A stretch of 64,000 bases of DNA from Patescibacteria group bacterium (GCA_023484045.1 JAMDAA010000022.1:4201-68200), one strand, 5' to 3'; shown: positions 1 to 11,209, counted from the first letter of the stretch. Made by a program: numbers and translations. The notes: generated from the sequence alone by a model not told the origin.

Positions 1-133
1 TTTCCCGTTTTTGGCCAGTTGTTTCTTCGGCAAATCTTAAAACAGCGTCTGTTAATTTGCTTGTTTTTTCCTTGGATCTTTCTCTGCTATCATAGGCAGG
101 TATTATATTAAATTAGAAGTAATAAAACAATAG

Positions 134-2821
134 TTATTTGGAACTGAATATGGCGAATTGAATAAAAATAAATGTAAAGAAGACAATAAATACTATTGGT
201 GCTGCCATCGATAAATAATTTCTTTTATTCGGGCGGTAATATTTAAGGAGAAGAGAATTACTCACAACCGAAATTGAGCTTAGGGCCATCGCAAGTCCGG
301 CGAGTTCGGGTTTTAAAATAAGTCCGGCAAAGGCAAAAATTCTGGCCGCGATCGGTATTCCCATCACGTTATAAAAAAGCGCAAAAAACATATTTTGTTT
401 TATTTTGCCCATCGTTTCCTTCGAAAGTTTTATTGCCTGCGTGACATCTCTGAGGTCATTTTTTATGATTACAATTCCGCCTGTTTCCATCGCGACATCC
501 GTCCCCGAACCCATCGCAATCCCTAAATTAGCCTGCGCTAATGCTGGTGCATCATTAATTCCGTCCCCGACCATAGCGACCTTAAAGCCTTCGGCCTGAA
601 GTTTTTTAACCTCACTCGCCTTATCTTCGGGTAAAACTTCTGCCAAAACATTATCGATTCCGACTTGTTTCGCGATTGCATCGGCGGTAAGGCTATTATC
701 TCCTGTTATCATGTAAATTTTAATTTTCATTTTTTTAAGCTTGTCTACGGCTTCTTTAGACGATTCTTTAACCGTATCGGCAACACCAATAAGTCCTAAC
801 AATTCAGCTTGTTTACCCTGAGCTTGCCGAAGGGCTAGAATCATAACTGTCTTACCCTGCTCTTCGAGTCGCGATAATTTTCGGTCGACCCGGTCAATAG
901 AAAACCCTACAATATTATTTATTAATTTCCGGTTGCCAAAATAATATTTTCTGCCGTCGATTTTGCCTTCGATTCCGTGTCCCGGGATCGCTTTAAAGTT
1001 ATCAATATTTGTGAGTTTTAGAGATTCTTTTTCCGCTTCGTTTAGTATCGCTTCTGCGAGTGAATGTTCGGACTGCTTTTCTAAAGAAGCGGCAATTCCC
1101 AAAACTTCGTTTTCGTCAAAGCCATCGAACGTTTCGATGTCGGTTACGACTGGTTTACCGTTTGTCAAAGTTCCTGTTTTATCAAACACAATCGCATTTA
1201 CCTTGCATGCGGTTTCTAGAGGCTCTCCGCCTTTAATAAGAACTCCTTGTTCTGCACCTTTACCTGTGCCGACCATTATCGCCGTTGGTGTCGCAAGACC
1301 CAAAGCGCACGGACACGCGATAACGATTACCGAAGTTAAAGCCATCAGTGCAAAAGAAAGCGGTGCGTGCAAAATAAAAAACCAGATTATAAATGTAAGA
1401 ATCGAAATCAGAAGCACCGCCGGAACAAACCAGGACGAAATCCGGTCGGCAAAATCCTGAATCGGCGCTTTAGACCCTTGGGCTTCTTCGACAAGCCGAA
1501 TTATTCCGGCCAAAGTTGTTTCTTCACCGACGTGCGTCACGACAAATTCGAAACTGCCGGTTTTATTTATGGTGCCGCCGATAACGTTGTCACCGATTTT
1601 TTTCTCAACCGGAATACTTTCGCCTGTAATCATCGATTCATCGACAGCGGATCCTCCTTTAGATATTTTTCCGTCCGTCGGAATTTTTTCACCGGGCCTA
1701 ACTAAAATAGTATCGCCTTTTACAACCTCGTCGATTGGAATATCTCTTGTAACTCCCGCTTCGACCGCGAAGCGAGGCGAGCCGTCCGATATCACGCGTG
1801 CTGTTTTTGGCTTTAAACCCATTAATTTTTTAATCGCGTCGGATGTTTTTCCTTTTGCTTTTACTTCTAGCCATTTTCCCAAAGACACAAACGTTATAAG
1901 AAACGCCGCAGTTTCAAAATAGAGTTCCGGGATTTTCATACCCGATAAGCCGATTAATGATCTGCTATTGTAAACATAAAGCTCAAAATTTATAAGGCTG
2001 TAGAAATATGCGACACTCGTTCCGATCGCGATAAGGCTATCCATATTAAACGTTTTCATTTTCAGTGCCGACCACGTCCCTTTGTAAAAACCTTTTCCGA
2101 CATAAAATTGGATAGGAGTAGTTAAGATTAAAGAGATAAGTCCTATATACGGCATTAAAATTGTCCTGAGGGGTAGCCACGCAAAAAAATCGAGGAACAT
2201 AAAGTAAACCATCGGGATGCTTAAAATAAAACTTGTGATAAAATTCTTGCGGTAATACGCGATTTCGGATGCCTTTTTCTTTATTTCGAATTCGGTATCC
2301 GAAGGGTTAGCCACAGTTGCGCTATAGCCCGCTTTTTTTACTGCCTCGATAAGGTTTTCGGTTTTAGAAATTGACTCGTCGTAAGTAATAGACGCTTTTT
2401 CTGCCGCAAAATTTACGTGAGCTTCTTTTACGCCCGGAGTTTTATTCAAAGACTTTTCGATTAATAATGCGCAGGAAGCGCAATGCATTCCGGAGAGAGA
2501 AAGATTAACTCTCGCGGCATTAAACGAGTGTTGAACTGATGCATGATCAATAATATTTTCTGAAGCAAAGGCTTTGTGATTTTTATTGTCTCCGTTTGTA
2601 TTTTCAGAAATGATCGAAGCTTTGTATCCGGCGTCTTCGATCGCAGTAATTATTTTATCGTCCATAAGTTTATAGTTTGAGGCGACTAAAGAACCCAATC
2701 CGGATTTATGATCGATGTTAATATCTTGTACGCCGGTAAGCGAAGATAATTCTTCTTTAATAAGCGTTTCGCACGAACCACAATGCATTCCGCTTACTTT
2801 AAAGTCGATTTTCCTTTTCAT
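134..2821 (-). CDS. copA: Cu(I)-translocating P1B-1 ATPase with two N-terminal HMA domains
   Basis: Two GMHCxSC HMA motifs, TGES, CPC, DKTGT, GDGIND, YN and MALSS motifs. Confidence 0.95.
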   Translation of the reverse strand: MKRKIDFKVSGMHCGSCETLIKEELSSLTGVQDINIDHKSGLGSLVASNYKLMDDKIITAIEDAGYKASIISENTNGDNKNHKAFASENIIDHASVQHSFNAARVNLSLSGMHCASCALLIEKSLNKTPGVKEAHVNFAAEKASITYDESISKTENLIEAVKKAGYSATVANPSDTEFEIKKKASEIAYYRKNFITSFILSIPMVYFMFLDFFAWLPLRTILMPYIGLISLILTTPIQFYVGKGFYKGTWSALKMKTFNMDSLIAIGTSVAYFYSLINFELYVYNSRSLIGLSGMKIPELYFETAAFLITFVSLGKWLEVKAKGKTSDAIKKLMGLKPKTARVISDGSPRFAVEAGVTRDIPIDEVVKGDTILVRPGEKIPTDGKISKGGSAVDESMITGESIPVEKKIGDNVIGGTINKTGSFEFVVTHVGEETTLAGIIRLVEEAQGSKAPIQDFADRISSWFVPAVLLISILTFIIWFFILHAPLSFALMALTSVIVIACPCALGLATPTAIMVGTGKGAEQGVLIKGGEPLETACKVNAIVFDKTGTLTNGKPVVTDIETFDGFDENEVLGIAASLEKQSEHSLAEAILNEAEKESLKLTNIDNFKAIPGHGIEGKIDGRKYYFGNRKLINNIVGFSIDRVDRKLSRLEEQGKTVMILALRQAQGKQAELLGLIGVADTVKESSKEAVDKLKKMKIKIYMITGDNSLTADAIAKQVGIDNVLAEVLPEDKASEVKKLQAEGFKVAMVGDGINDAPALAQANLGIAMGSGTDVAMETGGIVIIKNDLRDVTQAIKLSKETMGKIKQNMFFALFYNVMGIPIAARIFAFAGLILKPELAGLAMALSSISVVSNSLLLKYYRPNKRNYLSMAAPIVFIVFFTFIFIQFAIFSSK
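811..835. repeat. REP-like palindrome (CTTCG..CTCAG family) in frame within copA
   Basis: gtttaccctgagcttgccgaagggc nearly matches the intergenic copy at 46115-46140; encodes ALRQAQGK. Confidence 0.75.
1755..1781. repeat. REP-like palindrome in frame within copA (SPRFAVEAG)
   Basis: Reverse complement ctcgcctcgcttcgcggtcgaagcggg matches 7767-7793 with one mismatch. Confidence 0.8.
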
Positions 2822-3027
2822 AAATTTTCTATTTTATAGGCAGTTCCTTCCAGTGCTTTTTTTAATTCATCGAGGTTAATTTCTCTTTTGGCGGTTACGG
2901 TTGTTTTTCCTGATCCTAAATCTACCTTTACTGATTCAACACCAGAAATACTTGATATCCTCTTTTCGGATAGTTTTTTACAGGCGTCACAACTTAACCC
3001 TAAAATTTTAAAAGATAAATTTTTCAT
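2818..3027 (-). CDS. copZ: Copper chaperone, single HMA domain
   Basis: GLSCDAC motif, 69 aa, overlaps the copA start. Confidence 0.85.
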   Translation of the reverse strand: MKNLSFKILGLSCDACKKLSEKRISSISGVESVKVDLGSGKTTVTAKREINLDELKKALEGTAYKIENL

Positions 3028-3043
3028 TATTAAATATTAGCCC

Positions 3044-4864
3044 TTAGTTAACCTCAATTTGACCCCGTACTCCCATCGCGCATGTTATGTTGAATATTCC
3101 TGGTTTGCTGGGAGTAAAATCAAATGTTATTGTCTGTCCTTTAGAAAAAACTTCAATTTTGTTTGTCAGACCGGGAACCGTAACGCTTCCCATGCAGCCG
3201 TTACCGTCGTCTTTTGCTTCTATTTCAAATTTTACCGGTTTATTAGCTTTAACAATAAATTTATTCGGAACAATATCATTATCTGCGCTGTATGTAGCCT
3301 TAATCAGTTGGACTTCGCCTTGAGCAGTTACTTCTCCGTTTTTTACAGTATTAGCATTTCCCGCAGTATTTTTTTTAGCTCCGCAGCCGCATCCACTACC
3401 TCCACTACCGCAGGATTGTCCGGCCGGAGGGTTTGCGGCAGTAGTGTTTTGAACATTTTGAGTTGCGACCGACGTTGAAGTGTTGGATTCCGCGGAAGTA
3501 TTATCAATAACAGTAAACGATCCGGTGAACATGCCCATGGCACAAGAAAAACGGATCGTTCCGGCTTCATCGGGATTGAATTCGATAATATTCTCTCCTG
3601 CCTTGAGAGTTTGTTTAATTCCAAGCTTTTGAGAAACGATACTCGCAGTACAGCTGTTGCTGTCTTCAGAAGTAATAATCCACTTAACAGGAACCCCTTT
3701 TTTAATCGTGAAATTATTCGGAATATAACCGGAATTATTCTGTACCATTCGAACTTCCTGGACTCCGTTAACCAATTTTACATTCTCGTCTTGAGAAGAT
3801 GCTTCCGTGCTATTCGATTTTCCAAAAACCTGAGAAACATCAGGGTTGATTCCCAAGAGATTGAAGCCGTTCGAAATATTAAATAGCGCGAGAAATATAA
3901 CAATGATCCCGACTGTTCTAAAAAAGAACTTTGCGGATTGACCTTTAACGACAGATGTTATTCCGCCAACGGTTAACAACCCCGGTGCGGTTCCGATCGC
4001 AAATACACCCATAGTTAAAGCGCCTGCGAGCGGGCTTCCCGTGCTCATCGCGTATAATTGCATCGCCTGCGTAAAGCCGCATGGTAAAAAAAATGTCGAG
4101 GCACCCATTATCGATGCGTTTTTGTTGGTGTACTCAAGTTCGGAGCGGTCTTTTATGCCGAGCATCCTGCTTAGACCTTTTGGCATAGTAAAAGATATTT
4201 TTTTTAGGATCGGAAAAATATCGATAAGCTGGCTGCCCAATAAAAACATAACTAACCCTACAACAACGATCATAATTCCTAAAAATGACGTTGATAGTTG
4301 AAAAAACGATCCTGTATAACCGATTACGCCCCCAAGTATAAAATACGAAATAATTCGTCCGATGTTAAAAAATAAATGGGGTTTAAATTTCTCCATTCCC
4401 GAAGCGTTTGGATATTTTTTTGAAAAATGCGCGGACGCCCCTAAAACTAACCCACCGACAAGCGCCATACAACTCGAGACGCCGGCTGTTAGACCGATAA
4501 GAAGTACGACGGGAAGACTGGAATAATTTCCCGAGATCGAGCTCGTAAGACTAAAAACATCGAGCGTTTTTAATGTTAAAAAAAGAAATAAGACGATCAA
4601 AAAAGCTATGCTTAGCTCGATATAATCATAGTAGTTCCTCGAAAATAATGGAGATTTTTCTTTGCCTAAGGCGTAACCCGCGTTTTCGATAGCAGTTACA
4701 ACGGCATTCCGATTAAGTTGTCCTTCATAATATATTTCTGCGGTTCCGGCCCTGTGGTTCAAAACGGCTTTTTTAATCCCTTGAATTTTTGTGAGTTCGT
4801 CTTCGATCAAAATCTCGCAGGAACGGCAATACATGCCTTTAATATTTATTCTGCATTTTTCCAT
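3044..4864 (-). CDS. HMA + DsbD_2/TauE-like membrane domain + two cupredoxin-like domains
   Basis: GMYCRSC, SCMALVGG, FLPCGF, FSCAMGM and TCAMG motifs. Confidence 0.85.
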   Translation of the reverse strand: MEKCRINIKGMYCRSCEILIEDELTKIQGIKKAVLNHRAGTAEIYYEGQLNRNAVVTAIENAGYALGKEKSPLFSRNYYDYIELSIAFLIVLFLFLTLKTLDVFSLTSSISGNYSSLPVVLLIGLTAGVSSCMALVGGLVLGASAHFSKKYPNASGMEKFKPHLFFNIGRIISYFILGGVIGYTGSFFQLSTSFLGIMIVVVGLVMFLLGSQLIDIFPILKKISFTMPKGLSRMLGIKDRSELEYTNKNASIMGASTFFLPCGFTQAMQLYAMSTGSPLAGALTMGVFAIGTAPGLLTVGGITSVVKGQSAKFFFRTVGIIVIFLALFNISNGFNLLGINPDVSQVFGKSNSTEASSQDENVKLVNGVQEVRMVQNNSGYIPNNFTIKKGVPVKWIITSEDSNSCTASIVSQKLGIKQTLKAGENIIEFNPDEAGTIRFSCAMGMFTGSFTVIDNTSAESNTSTSVATQNVQNTTAANPPAGQSCGSGGSGCGCGAKKNTAGNANTVKNGEVTAQGEVQLIKATYSADNDIVPNKFIVKANKPVKFEIEAKDDGNGCMGSVTVPGLTNKIEVFSKGQTITFDFTPSKPGIFNITCAMGVRGQIEVN

Positions 4865-4888
4865 AGCTTAAAGGATATCAGATGAAAT

Positions 4889-4906
4889 ATTAAGAAATTG
4901 TGAGAA
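4889..4906. promoter_or_regulatory. Putative OmpR-family tandem box (copies at 15181-15198, 22900-22917, 24341-24358)
   Basis: Repeated TTAAGA-N5-TGAAGA-like motif 24-28 nt upstream of four minus-strand start codons. Confidence 0.5.
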
Positions 4907-5009
4907 TTTCCGAGAAAAATCTTGTAATTTCAAAATTGCCTTCTAATACACCACACACATCCACTATTGTTAGTGGTGAATTTGATAAGCTCCCTCTTAT
5001 CAATAATGT

Positions 5010-5273
5010 TTATTTAGCAAATAATCTGTAAACTTTTGCAAAAATATAGCCGACTATCCAAGCCGTTATGGTTGATGATATTAATCCTGAAAAAAATGAC
5101 GCTAGTGTTAAATTCCAAGTACTCGCGTTACTAAGTTCAATACCATGGAACCATGATTGAGCAACTGCAAAAGACGCATCAGGAAACAAGCCCACCAATA
5201 CGCGGCATATCACAAAAACAACAGCCGTTGTAAGAGCTAGGGCATTAGGAATAGCATAGGATTGCGCTTTCAT
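5010..5273 (-). CDS. Small membrane protein, DUF5676-like
   Basis: Two TM segments, ICxxLV and WFHG motifs typical of copper clusters. Confidence 0.6.
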   Translation of the reverse strand: MKAQSYAIPNALALTTAVVFVICRVLVGLFPDASFAVAQSWFHGIELSNASTWNLTLASFFSGLISSTITAWIVGYIFAKVYRLFAK

Positions 5274-5278
5274 TCAAG

Positions 5279-5950
5279 TCACCTCCTTTCGTTTAGTTTA
5301 ATACTCAAAAGATATTCGTAGATTGGTCCGAGTAACCCACCGGCTCCTATTGCCCATAAAATTTCTTCAACAGGAACACCCAGAAGAATTATCCCCGAAA
5401 GATTAGATAAATTCCAGTGTTTGATAAAACTAGGAGTAAAAAAAGAGAGTATTGAGAAGAAGAGAAAGTATAGTAGTCCAAAAAGTAAACCTGAATAAAG
5501 GACTTTTTTCAATAGGTCTGGCCTAGTAATAACAATAAGGACAACATCAACCACGATCCCGATATAGACCGCATACATGAAGTTTATTTTAAATAAAGCA
5601 TAAGTAAGAAAAATAACAATAATACCTATTCCCAATATCAATCCGTGAAAAAACTCGCCATTATAACAGTTGCAAAGTCTTTGATGTTTGACTTTACCTT
5701 TCATAAATAATTCATAAATAACAGCAATAATTCCACCTATAGCAAAACTAAAAATAAAATCTTCGATGGAAAGTTTAGGATTTCTGATAGTATCAGGAAG
5801 CCAATAGCCGGGAACAAAAAATACTTCTGATAAACCAGCAGGGGTAATAATTAGACTTGCGATAAGCATTTCTTTTCTTAATTTCTTTTGGGAAATAAAA
5901 ATTAGAAACCATATAGCAAGCAAGAATAATGAACCGAGCAGGTAGTGCAT
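5279..5950 (-). CDS. Multi-pass membrane protein, lycopene-cyclase-domain-like
   Basis: Two internal repeats with IEDFIF and PVEEIL motifs. Confidence 0.55.
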   Translation of the reverse strand: MHYLLGSLFLLAIWFLIFISQKKLRKEMLIASLIITPAGLSEVFFVPGYWLPDTIRNPKLSIEDFIFSFAIGGIIAVIYELFMKGKVKHQRLCNCYNGEFFHGLILGIGIIVIFLTYALFKINFMYAVYIGIVVDVVLIVITRPDLLKKVLYSGLLFGLLYFLFFSILSFFTPSFIKHWNLSNLSGIILLGVPVEEILWAIGAGGLLGPIYEYLLSIKLNERR

Positions 5951-5959
5951 AGATTTATC

Positions 5960-5990
5960 TTGACAGATACCCCCCCAGGGTGTATATTAT
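5960..5990 (+). promoter_or_regulatory. csoR promoter with CsoR-type operator
   Basis: TTGACA at 5960, then ATACCCCCCCAGGGTGTAT (C/G-tract pseudo-palindrome) before a -10-like element. Confidence 0.7.
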
Positions 5991-5998
5991 TAGCGTAC

Positions 5999-6268
5999 AT
6001 GAAACAAGATAAGAATGTCAAGGACGAGGTCCAAAATCGAATTAATATTATCAAAGGCCAGCTTGACGGTTTGCTTAAAATGATTGAGGAAGATAAATAT
6101 TGCATAGATTTACTCAACCAAAGCTTGGCTATTCAAAATTCCATTAAAAGCCTTGATGCTCTTATATTTGAAAAACATTTAAAAACACATGTAGTTAGTC
6201 AGTTCCAAAATCAAAGAGACAAAGCAGTTGAAGAACTGCTAAGATTATTTAAGAGAGTCCATCAATAA
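5999..6268 (+). CDS. csoR: CsoR/RcnR-family metal-sensing repressor
   Basis: RINIIKGQ..YCIDLLNQ..HLKTH; ATG at 5999 preferred over the ORF-track GTG at 5945. Confidence 0.85.
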   Translation: MKQDKNVKDEVQNRINIIKGQLDGLLKMIEEDKYCIDLLNQSLAIQNSIKSLDALIFEKHLKTHVVSQFQNQRDKAVEELLRLFKRVHQ

Positions 6269-6283
6269 ACGTATAAATAATCT

Positions 6284-6379
6284 ATGAAAATGTATGTGTG
6301 TCCAATGCCCCAGAACCATTCGGTTCGGGGCTACCGGGCACCGAATGGTGACCCGGTGCATCCTTACGAGTTGATATGA
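6284..6379 (+). pseudogene. Heavy-metal-binding-domain remnant (YVCPM|HP) split by a palindromic insertion
   Basis: MKMYVCPM-[17 aa from a hairpin insert]-HPYELI*, ATGA overlap with the ATPase start. Confidence 0.55.
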
Positions 6380-8658
6380 ATAAAAATTCTGTTATTTACA
6401 TCTGTCCTATGCACAGCGAGGTCAGATCTGGCAGGCCCGGAAAATGTCCTAAATGTGGGATGACTTTAATCGAGAAGGATGAACAATCACATCACGGAAT
6501 GGAATCCGTGCAACATACTTCCCGTACCCCAAAAGAAAATACGGATCAAGGCCAAGGGATTTTTTACACATGTCCCATGGATCCCGATGTTATACAAGAC
6601 ACTCCAGGTAATTGTCCAAAGTGCGGAATGAAGCTTGTGCCAATGAATTCAGAGCATGAAGGACATGAGGATCACGCCTCAATGGAGAAAGATTTTAGAA
6701 AGCGTTTCTTTATTACTTTACCTTTTGTTGTCACTACTATGCTTCTTTCGCCAAATATTCAGAAATGGCTTCGTTTCAATATAAATTTTTCGGGCAGTGA
6801 ATTACTACTTTTTGCCTTAGGGACATTTATTTTTTTCTTTGGCGGATTACCTTTCTTCAAAGCAGCAAAAGGTGAGTTATCCCGTAAAAACCCCGGGATG
6901 ATGACCTTAGTGGCTTTTGCCATAACAGTTGGTTATATTTTTTCGGTTGCCGCAACATTCTTTTTTCCGGGAGAATCCTTATATTGGGAAATATCCACTC
7001 TTACCTCAGTTTTTCTGTTAGGTCATTGGTTGGAGATGAGAGCTGTTAGAGGAGCAACAGGTGCTCTAGCAGAATTGGCTAAACTCATTCCCCCATCCGC
7101 TCACCTTATTAAAAATGGAAACATCACAGATGTTAAAACAAGCCAGTTAATAATAGGCGACAGGGTTTTGGTTAGGCCCGGTGAAAAAATTCCAGTAGAT
7201 GGACTAGTAATAGATGGAGAAAGTTCTGTTAACGAATCGATGGTAACCGGAGAATCAAGACCAATCAATAAGAAAAAAGGTGATAAGGTAATCGGTGGCA
7301 CTATCAATCAAGATGGATCTTTAACAATCGAAGTTGCCAAAACAGGAGTGGATACAGCCATCTCTCAAATTATGAAACTGATACGGGAAGCCCAAACCTC
7401 AAAACCAAATGTTCAACACTTGGCTGACAGAGCGGCGAGTGTCTTGTTTTATGTAGCTATTATTGCCGGGGCCGCTTCATTTATTACTTGGGTATTTATT
7501 TTACCTCACGGAGTTGTTTTTGCTGCGACTGTGGCCGTCGCGGCGATTGTTGTTGCTTGCCCTCACGCTTTGGGTTTGGCTATTCCTACAGTTACTACAA
7601 TTACATCTACCCTAGGTGCTAAAAATGGAATTTTAATAAAAGACATGAAGGGTTTAGAGATTGCTCGAAAAATCAGTTATGTAGTATTTGATAAAACAGG
7701 AACGCTGACAAAAGGAGAATTCGGAATAACCAATATTATTTTAAGCCAAAAATCAGGCATCAAAGACTCGCCTCGCTTCGCGGGCGAAGCGGGCCAGGAT
7801 GAATTATTGAAATTTGCCGCAGCTGTAGAAGTTCAATCACAACATTCTATCGCTCAAGGAATTGTTAATGATGCTAAAAATAAAAAATTAGAAATACCAA
7901 ATGTCAAAGAATTTAAGTCTTTCCCTGGTAAAGGAGCAGTTGGAAAAATTGATAATAAGAAAATTGCTGTTGGCAACAAAACACTAATGGAAGAAATGAA
8001 AGTCGGAACAGAAGATGGTAGCTGGAAGACAGAAAAGAAGGGTAATACACCAGTTTTTGTTGCTATAGATGACAAATTAGCTGGCGTGATACTTCTTGCA
8101 GATATTATTAGGGAGGAATCTAAAGAAGCGGTTAAAAGACTGCATGAGATGGGAATAAAAACAGCCATGCTGACAGGTGATACTCAAGATGTAGCTTCGG
8201 AAGTAGGAAAACAATTGGACATGGATACTGTTTTCGCCCAGGTACTACCGGAAGATAAGGTCGATAAAGTAAAAGAATTACAAAACAAAGGTAATGTTGT
8301 AGCCATGGTAGGTGATGGGGTCAACGATGCTCCATCCCTGACTCAGTCTCACGTCGGTATTGCTATAGGTGCAGGAACCGATGTTGCAGTCGAATCAGCA
8401 GGTATTGTGCTTATGAAAAACGACCCCATGGACGTAGTCAAAGCAATATCTTTAAGTCGTAAAACTAATACAAAAATGGTGCAAAACCTTGTTTGGGCGA
8501 CCGGATACAACGTCTTTGCTATTCCGACGGCAGCAGGAATATTTTACCCGTCATTTGGAATCCTACTTCGACCCGAATGGGCAGCATTACTCATGAGTGC
8601 ATCCTCTATCATTGTTGTCTTTAACGCTTTGCTTTTAAGAAGAGCAAAGCTTGATTAA
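6376..8658 (+). CDS. copB: Copper P1B-3-type ATPase with two YxCPM heavy-metal-binding domains
   Basis: CPH motif, DKTGT, GDGVND, His-rich N-terminal linker. Confidence 0.9.
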   Translation: MNKNSVIYICPMHSEVRSGRPGKCPKCGMTLIEKDEQSHHGMESVQHTSRTPKENTDQGQGIFYTCPMDPDVIQDTPGNCPKCGMKLVPMNSEHEGHEDHASMEKDFRKRFFITLPFVVTTMLLSPNIQKWLRFNINFSGSELLLFALGTFIFFFGGLPFFKAAKGELSRKNPGMMTLVAFAITVGYIFSVAATFFFPGESLYWEISTLTSVFLLGHWLEMRAVRGATGALAELAKLIPPSAHLIKNGNITDVKTSQLIIGDRVLVRPGEKIPVDGLVIDGESSVNESMVTGESRPINKKKGDKVIGGTINQDGSLTIEVAKTGVDTAISQIMKLIREAQTSKPNVQHLADRAASVLFYVAIIAGAASFITWVFILPHGVVFAATVAVAAIVVACPHALGLAIPTVTTITSTLGAKNGILIKDMKGLEIARKISYVVFDKTGTLTKGEFGITNIILSQKSGIKDSPRFAGEAGQDELLKFAAAVEVQSQHSIAQGIVNDAKNKKLEIPNVKEFKSFPGKGAVGKIDNKKIAVGNKTLMEEMKVGTEDGSWKTEKKGNTPVFVAIDDKLAGVILLADIIREESKEAVKRLHEMGIKTAMLTGDTQDVASEVGKQLDMDTVFAQVLPEDKVDKVKELQNKGNVVAMVGDGVNDAPSLTQSHVGIAIGAGTDVAVESAGIVLMKNDPMDVVKAISLSRKTNTKMVQNLVWATGYNVFAIPTAAGIFYPSFGILLRPEWAALLMSASSIIVVFNALLLRRAKLD
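7767..7793. repeat. REP-like palindrome in frame within copB (SPRFAGEAG)
   Basis: cgcttcgc ggg cgaagcg hairpin, same family as 1755-1781. Confidence 0.8.
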
Positions 8659-9244
8659 AAATATGAACTTTAAAAACACTGTTTTAAAAGTAATCGTTTT
8701 TTCGATAGCTTTTGCTTTTATAGAATCATCGGTTGTGATTTATTTAAGACATCTTTTAGGTGCAAGTCAACCTGTATTAAATAAAGATGAGGTACTGTTG
8801 TTACTTCCAGGAATTGCGTTTTTGGAACCTAAGACTGCTCTTAATATTATTTCCAACAGTCAGCTTTTGAATATTGAGATGATTAGAGAAGCATCTACCT
8901 TAATAATGTTAGCCTCTGTTGCTCTACTTGCAGCAAAGAAGTTTAAAGAAGCCTTTGCTTTTTTCTTTTTAGCATTTGGGATTTGGGATATTTTTTATTA
9001 TGTGTTTTTGAAACTCATTATAGATTGGCCTAAGTCTCTTTTTGATTTGGATACCTTCTTTCTATTGCCTGTTCCCTGGATCGGACCGGTGTTTGTTCCG
9101 ATCTTAATATCCTCGATCATAGTTTTTTTATCGCTTGTTTACCTTTTAATTTACGAAAAGAAACCCTCCTTCGCTAAAGCTTCGGAGGGCGACCCGCCTG
9201 CATGCGCCTCGAGCGCAAGCGATTGGCGGGCAGAAGGGAGGTGA
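8651..9244 (+). CDS. Conserved membrane protein; C-terminus extended by REP-like repeats
   Basis: [24 protein letters not shown] and PVPW motifs; tail encoded by hairpins at 9163-9231. Confidence 0.7.
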   Translation: MIKNMNFKNTVLKVIVFSIAFAFIESSVVIYLRHLLGASQPVLNKDEVLLLLPGIAFLEPKTALNIISNSQLLNIEMIREASTLIMLASVALLAAKKFKEAFAFFFLAFGIWDIFYYVFLKLIIDWPKSLFDLDTFFLLPVPWIGPVFVPILISSIIVFLSLVYLLIYEKKPSFAKASEGDPPACASSASDWRAEGR

Positions 9245-9248
9245 TTTT

Positions 9249-9467
9249 ATGTTTGGATTTTCTAAAAAAGTTACGGACCCTGTTTGTAAAATGAAGGTGG
9301 ATAAAAATAAAACTAAGTACTCTTCAGAATATAAAGGCGAGAAATATTATTTTTGCTCTGAAGATTGCCTAAAAAAATTTGACACAGAACCGAAAAAATA
9401 TCTTGTTCAGGATGAGAATATTTCTACGCAAAACTGTTGCCATCAAAACAGTAAATCCTGCTGTTAA
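9249..9467 (+). CDS. YHS-domain protein
   Basis: DPVCKM..YYFCSEDC, Cys-rich tail. Confidence 0.85.
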   Translation: MFGFSKKVTDPVCKMKVDKNKTKYSSEYKGEKYYFCSEDCLKKFDTEPKKYLVQDENISTQNCCHQNSKSCC

Positions 9468-9521
9468 CCCTAACTTTTAGCGATTTGCTTCTATGTATAG
9501 GGATTTTTATCAAACTCGGCT

Positions 9522-10205
9522 TTACAGCTTATTGATTTCCGTACTTAATTCCTGATTCCTTACAGCCATTTGAATATCATCTCTGGCAAATTTAACAATC
9601 CCCTCTTTATCGATCACAACGTAACTGTGTCCGGGAAACTGCCCTTTATGCATCGAGGAAGGAAGTGTTAAAACTCCATACTTTTGCGAAACTTGCCTAT
9701 TACCATCAAAAAGCACATTAGCAGAAGCAAGTTCCGGCATTTTATCGATGGCTTGCTTCCACTCATTTTTAGGATCAGCTGTAATATTTAATATCACCGC
9801 TTTACTCCCCAGTTCTGTGTCTTTTCCAAAAGCTGCAATCTGGTTCCAGCAAGCAGGATAACACATTAATCCTTCGTTAAAGAAAAGAATTACGTTTTTG
9901 CCTTTTAACTCACTTAGGATAATCTTTTTTCCATCATAGTTTTCTAGAGTAAAATCAGGAGCACTTTTACCGACCAGGCCATTAAAAATGGTTGCGTCAA
10001 CAGGAGTAGATCCTCCGTGGTGACTTGCCATGGAGTCAGTTTGTGATCCTTGGACCGACTGACCAGTCTCTTTATCTGTAGAAACCTGGTCTCCCTTGCT
10101 ATTTATGTTTACCTCGATATTAAAATTGCTAACAACTAATATCAAAGCTATAACTATCCCGGTACCTAAAATTGCGATAAGTCCAGTTTTATTCAAAATT
10201 ATCAC
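9522..10205 (-). CDS. Membrane-anchored thioredoxin-fold (AhpC/TSA- or SCO-like) protein
   Basis: APDFTL, CYPAC, GHSYVVID motifs. Confidence 0.75.
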   Translation of the reverse strand: MIILNKTGLIAILGTGIVIALILVVSNFNIEVNINSKGDQVSTDKETGQSVQGSQTDSMASHHGGSTPVDATIFNGLVGKSAPDFTLENYDGKKIILSELKGKNVILFFNEGLMCYPACWNQIAAFGKDTELGSKAVILNITADPKNEWKQAIDKMPELASANVLFDGNRQVSQKYGVLTLPSSMHKGQFPGHSYVVIDKEGIVKFARDDIQMAVRNQELSTEINKL

Positions 10206-11067
10206 CTCTTTTCTTCAAAGAGATAAATTGCTTAATAGCAAAATAAGCAATAAACAAAGCGATTCCTGTGAAAATAAGGGCCCAAGCAGCTTCTGGGATA
10301 ACTCTAGTAAACTGGTTTATAAATTTTATAAATTTAGTCAGATAAATATTTAGTGCAACTTGGTACGAAGAATGGGAAGTTAACTGGCTGGTTTTTGCAA
10401 GGTAGATAATAACTATTCCTAAAACTAAAAACATCAACCCGGAAAAAAAGTTGGCAAAGGTTAAATGGATCTTTTGACCGAGTAATTTATAAGACAAGTT
10501 TTTTCTGAAGGCAAAAAACTTTTTAGTAAAATCGACTTTATCAAGGAAAAAGGCGATAATAAAAAGAGGCAGAACAATCCCCAGTACATAAGCAAGAGTA
10601 TAAATCCCTCCTAAGATAAACGATCCAGGAAGCGCCGATAAGGTTAAAACTCCTGCCAGAACCGGAGCGCAACAAGTCGTTGCAATCGCAGAAAATATAC
10701 CTAAAATATAAACAGAAGCAAAATCCTGTCCTCTAAGTTTCGGGTGAACGCTAAAGGGCAGAGAAAATTGTCGTCCAAGTAGTAAACTTAACCCTAAAAA
10801 TATTAAAAATATTCCTCCAACGAAGAAGATCGTGTCATGGTATCGACTGAAAATTTGAGTGAGAAATGAAACTCCAAGGCCAATAGGAAGAAAGATAGAT
10901 AATATACCGAGGAAATAGACAAAAGTCATTAAAAATACTGGAGCTTTTTGCTTAAAAATTGAGGCAAAATAGGTTGGCAGAAGAACCGTGATACAACAGG
11001 GCGCAAAAAGCGCAGCGATCCCTGCAAAAAAAGAGGCTATAAAAGATGCGCTGATTAAAAGATCCAT
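10189..11067 (-). CDS. ccdA: CcdA/DsbD-family transmembrane electron transporter
   Basis: APCC and TCCAP motifs, multiple TM segments. Confidence 0.8.
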   Translation of the reverse strand: MDLLISASFIASFFAGIAALFAPCCITVLLPTYFASIFKQKAPVFLMTFVYFLGILSIFLPIGLGVSFLTQIFSRYHDTIFFVGGIFLIFLGLSLLLGRQFSLPFSVHPKLRGQDFASVYILGIFSAIATTCCAPVLAGVLTLSALPGSFILGGIYTLAYVLGIVLPLFIIAFFLDKVDFTKKFFAFRKNLSYKLLGQKIHLTFANFFSGLMFLVLGIVIIYLAKTSQLTSHSSYQVALNIYLTKFIKFINQFTRVIPEAAWALIFTGIALFIAYFAIKQFISLKKRGDNFE

Positions 11068-11079
11068 ATATTAAATACA

Positions 11080-11208
11080 TTCGATCCATTCGACTACAGC
11101 TCAGGATCGTACTGAGTGAAATCGAATGTACGACTTTGCTCAGTATTTAATCTCTTCGAGCCTGAGCGATCGAGGCCCTCAGAGCCGAAGGCCTGAGTTC
11201 ATCGAAGG
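11080..11208. repeat. Cluster of REP-like palindromes (TTCGA..CTCAG / CTGAG..TCGAA)
   Basis: Several half-sites in the intergenic gap. Confidence 0.7.
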
Positions 11209-11209
11209 A

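Noticed and set aside
1-110. Possible start of a minus-strand gene running off the window
   Set aside because: The ATG frame stops after 13 codons and the open frame has no clear start; cannot be supported
11080-11208. Repeat clusters as a CRISPR array
   Set aside because: No regular repeat-spacer period and no cas genes; they are REP-like
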